NCBI GenBank assembly: GCA_002189035.1
Contig: NEEC01000004.1
Location: forward strand, 4,526,001-4,590,000
Reading direction: 5' to 3'
Length of the DNA: 64,000 nt
DNA from: Utricularia gibba
Lineage: Eukaryota > Plantae > Magnoliophyta
Positions 61,800 to 64,000 of this stretch are shown here, one piece after another (within the stretch, counting starts at the first letter, position 1; each line of letters opens with the position of its first letter). The position numbers and the translations under genes are program-made. A model generated the notes under the pieces. The model searched no databases. It was not told the origin of the DNA and saw nothing but the letters and a program-made list of their open reading frames with translations.

Positions 61800-62683
61800 T
61801 AATAGTAAAAAAAATGTAAAACCAGAGGTCTAATAATGATATCTCATATTGACTACAAATAAAAGAAATAAAACGTCTAAATAAAGTAAATTTTCTAATT
61901 TTATATAAGATTTTTTTTCTCCTAACATAAACATGAGGTACAAAATCATGAAAAATTTAATACAATTTTTTTTATTTGAGAACACGTGGCCACATGCATA
62001 CACAAATCATATTTGTATAAGAAAAAATAATTAAATTTAGAGTAAAAGCTTCACTAATTAATATTTTCCACCGACACCTATTTTTCCTCAATTTTTTCTT
62101 AATAATTTAATTTATTTTTATGTAGGAATTTTTATTGAGTCGGATTAAATTTGAATAAAAATACCTACAAAATTTATTCGAACATTTTTTTAAATTTGAT
62201 TTAAACAAAAATTAAAATAAAAAAATTGATTGTGTTATGGACCATGAACGTACCGAGGGGCGTACCATTAATGAAGACTAGCCCTTGCCTCTAATACTGA
62301 ATTTAATATATGCTTAGTGTGAGACGCAATGGACCACGGGACATAGAGTTAGGTGATGCCCAAATCCTTTACTAACGGTTAAGTGATTATTCGTTATATT
62401 TAATTCTGCAAAAAAATTATTTTATGTTTTTCAAACTTTATAATATGAAGGTTTCAAAATTGGAATGGCTATAGAAAAAAAAATGTTTTTTTTAAGTGAA
62501 CACTATGTGAATCTGTGTTAAAGTGCGCACCGCCGGCGCTTGTTGCTAAAATGCACGGATCTCCACCATTTCCCCTATATTCCTTTGTTTGTCACCTGAG
62601 AATCCTCACCCTCCGCCGCTTCTCCGCCGATGTCTCCAGTTTTTCTGGAGTAACATGCGCTGTAGTTTATTGCAATCGTATCC

Positions 62684-63304
62684 ATGGCGCCTTCTTCCCT
62701 CAGAAAATCCGCCAATCTAAATTATCAAAACTGTCCCTTGCTTTGCAGACACTTCCCCTCCGCGACGCTTGACCTCATAATCTTCATCCTTGTGCTATTC
62801 TCCGGCGCTTTTTTGATAATCTCCTATTTTTCTTACCTTTTCCATAGCCTCTCACTGATTTTGCCCCCTTTCACTACGATTATTTCCTATTTGAGTCACC
62901 ATTTGAGTTCGAACACGCAATCCCAGTTGATATTTTTTGCATTTTTCGTGACTTCGTTTGTGGTTTTTCTTTTTTCATTCGAGATCTGTTGTGGGCGTAG
63001 ATCAAGGAGATGTGGGAGGAAAGGGTGTAAAGGTTTGAAGAAGGCGATGGAGTTTGATTTGCAGCTTCAAGGTGAGGACTTGCTGCGAATGGGGAATGGG
63101 AATAAGGCCGTCAGAGATGTTAATGATTTGCCGTGGAAAGGGGGAAGTGAAGAGAATCCTGATTACGAGTGTCTGCGAGCGGAGTTGAGGAAGATGGCGC
63201 CGCCTAATGGGCGGGCAGTCCTGCTCTTTCGCAAGAAATGCGGCTGCGCAGTTGCCAAACTCGAAGGATGGGGGTCGCGGCGAGGCCGACGCTTTAAGAA
63301 GTGA
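62684..63304 (+). CDS. Uncharacterised two-TM plant protein (so-called ribosomal protein L34e superfamily)
   Basis: ATLDLIIFILVLFSGAFLIISYFSYLFHSL, RRCGRKGCKGLKKAMEFDLQLQ, LPWKGGSEENPDYECLRAELRKMAPPNGRAVLLFRKKCGCAVAKLEGWG. Intronless and intact. Confidence 0.85.
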   Translation: MAPSSLRKSANLNYQNCPLLCRHFPSATLDLIIFILVLFSGAFLIISYFSYLFHSLSLILPPFTTIISYLSHHLSSNTQSQLIFFAFFVTSFVVFLFSFEICCGRRSRRCGRKGCKGLKKAMEFDLQLQGEDLLRMGNGNKAVRDVNDLPWKGGSEENPDYECLRAELRKMAPPNGRAVLLFRKKCGCAVAKLEGWGSRRGRRFKK

Positions 63305-64000
63305 GTGACTTTACATTGATGAAAATCAAATTTTTCTGGGTTCTTGAATTGGATCAAGATAGATGCCCTTTGAGGGATTGATTCAACACTTTTCGAAATG
63401 TAGAGTCTTTCATCGTTGTGCCTGTGTGCCGAGTTTTGTTCCATCATATATGAGTTGCATTGACGATCTGATCAAGATACATAGATGTGGCTCCACGGAT
63501 TTCTTGATCTGATATATGTGTCTCATTACCGATCAACTTCATCAGGCTCAATTTTCACCTTGGCGCCTGGTTGCACCTCTGGCTGTGATAGTGTTGTCCA
63601 AAATGTTTCCTTTTTTGGAACCCCAAGAGAGATATGAGTTGCATTCCAATCAACTGATCTGTTTTTCAATGTCTGCCTGTGGCTTTGAGATCTGTTGTTC
63701 AAACCTATTCCTCTTTGTGCTTTTCATGTGGAGGTTTTGAAGTTATCGATGAACCTTCCATGAACGAAAATTGGACATTTTTCCCATGAAGGTTCCTGTT
63801 GGATTGCATTTTCTGTCCTGCTGTGACTACTGCATCTGAACTTAGGAATCTAATGATAAAAATCGATGCTTGAACATTCTTAGACATCTAGTTCCTTGTA
63901 CATTGGTGTCAAGTTCATCATGAAAGACGCATGACGTGACGCCTTTCGTTTCACCCCTTGATAACACCCATGTCTTCTTATGTTCAGATTCATGCTTTGA

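Noticed and set aside
1-64000. tRNA, rRNA, CRISPR arrays, retrotransposon or transposase ORFs, operon-like or prokaryotic islands, clustered metabolic pathway
   Set aside because: By eye I saw no T-loop/cloverleaf, rRNA, repeat-spacer array, RT/integrase/DDE motifs, intronless foreign-looking block or set of co-located biosynthetic enzymes. A tRNAscan-SE/Infernal run would be needed to exclude small snoRNAs.

Overview
Plant (eudicot) nuclear DNA from a compact, gene-dense region with mostly 65-120 bp introns and very AT-rich spacers. I find 16 intron-containing or single-exon protein genes and one intact U6 snRNA gene. In order: FORKED/VAN3-binding-like (partial), IQD, RPS3a, XRI1-like, type I inositol polyphosphate 5-phosphatase (CVP2 family), U6, PHD-GNAT protein, Sec14/CRAL-TRIO, DUF868, TIME FOR COFFEE, cyclin T1-like, FANTASTIC FOUR-like, ECR1, HIPP, TVP38/SNARE-associated Golgi protein, an SGNH/PC-esterase-like membrane protein and an 'RPL34e superfamily' unknown protein. 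There are also Tourist-like MITEs and several local duplications. I saw no tRNA, rRNA, CRISPR or autonomous transposase. Family calls come from motifs I recognise, not from database searches. The most striking pattern is eight reading-frame breaks in seven genes, each repaired by adding exactly one G to a G-run on the coding strand. Homopolymer consensus error is the default explanation, and it is cheaply testable. I found no convincing novel multi-gene system; the best remaining leads are a U6 promoter with an RGCCCR cluster, an inverted/direct-repeat knot behind FAF, two GC-AG introns, a candidate microexon and several orphan transcribed-looking islands.
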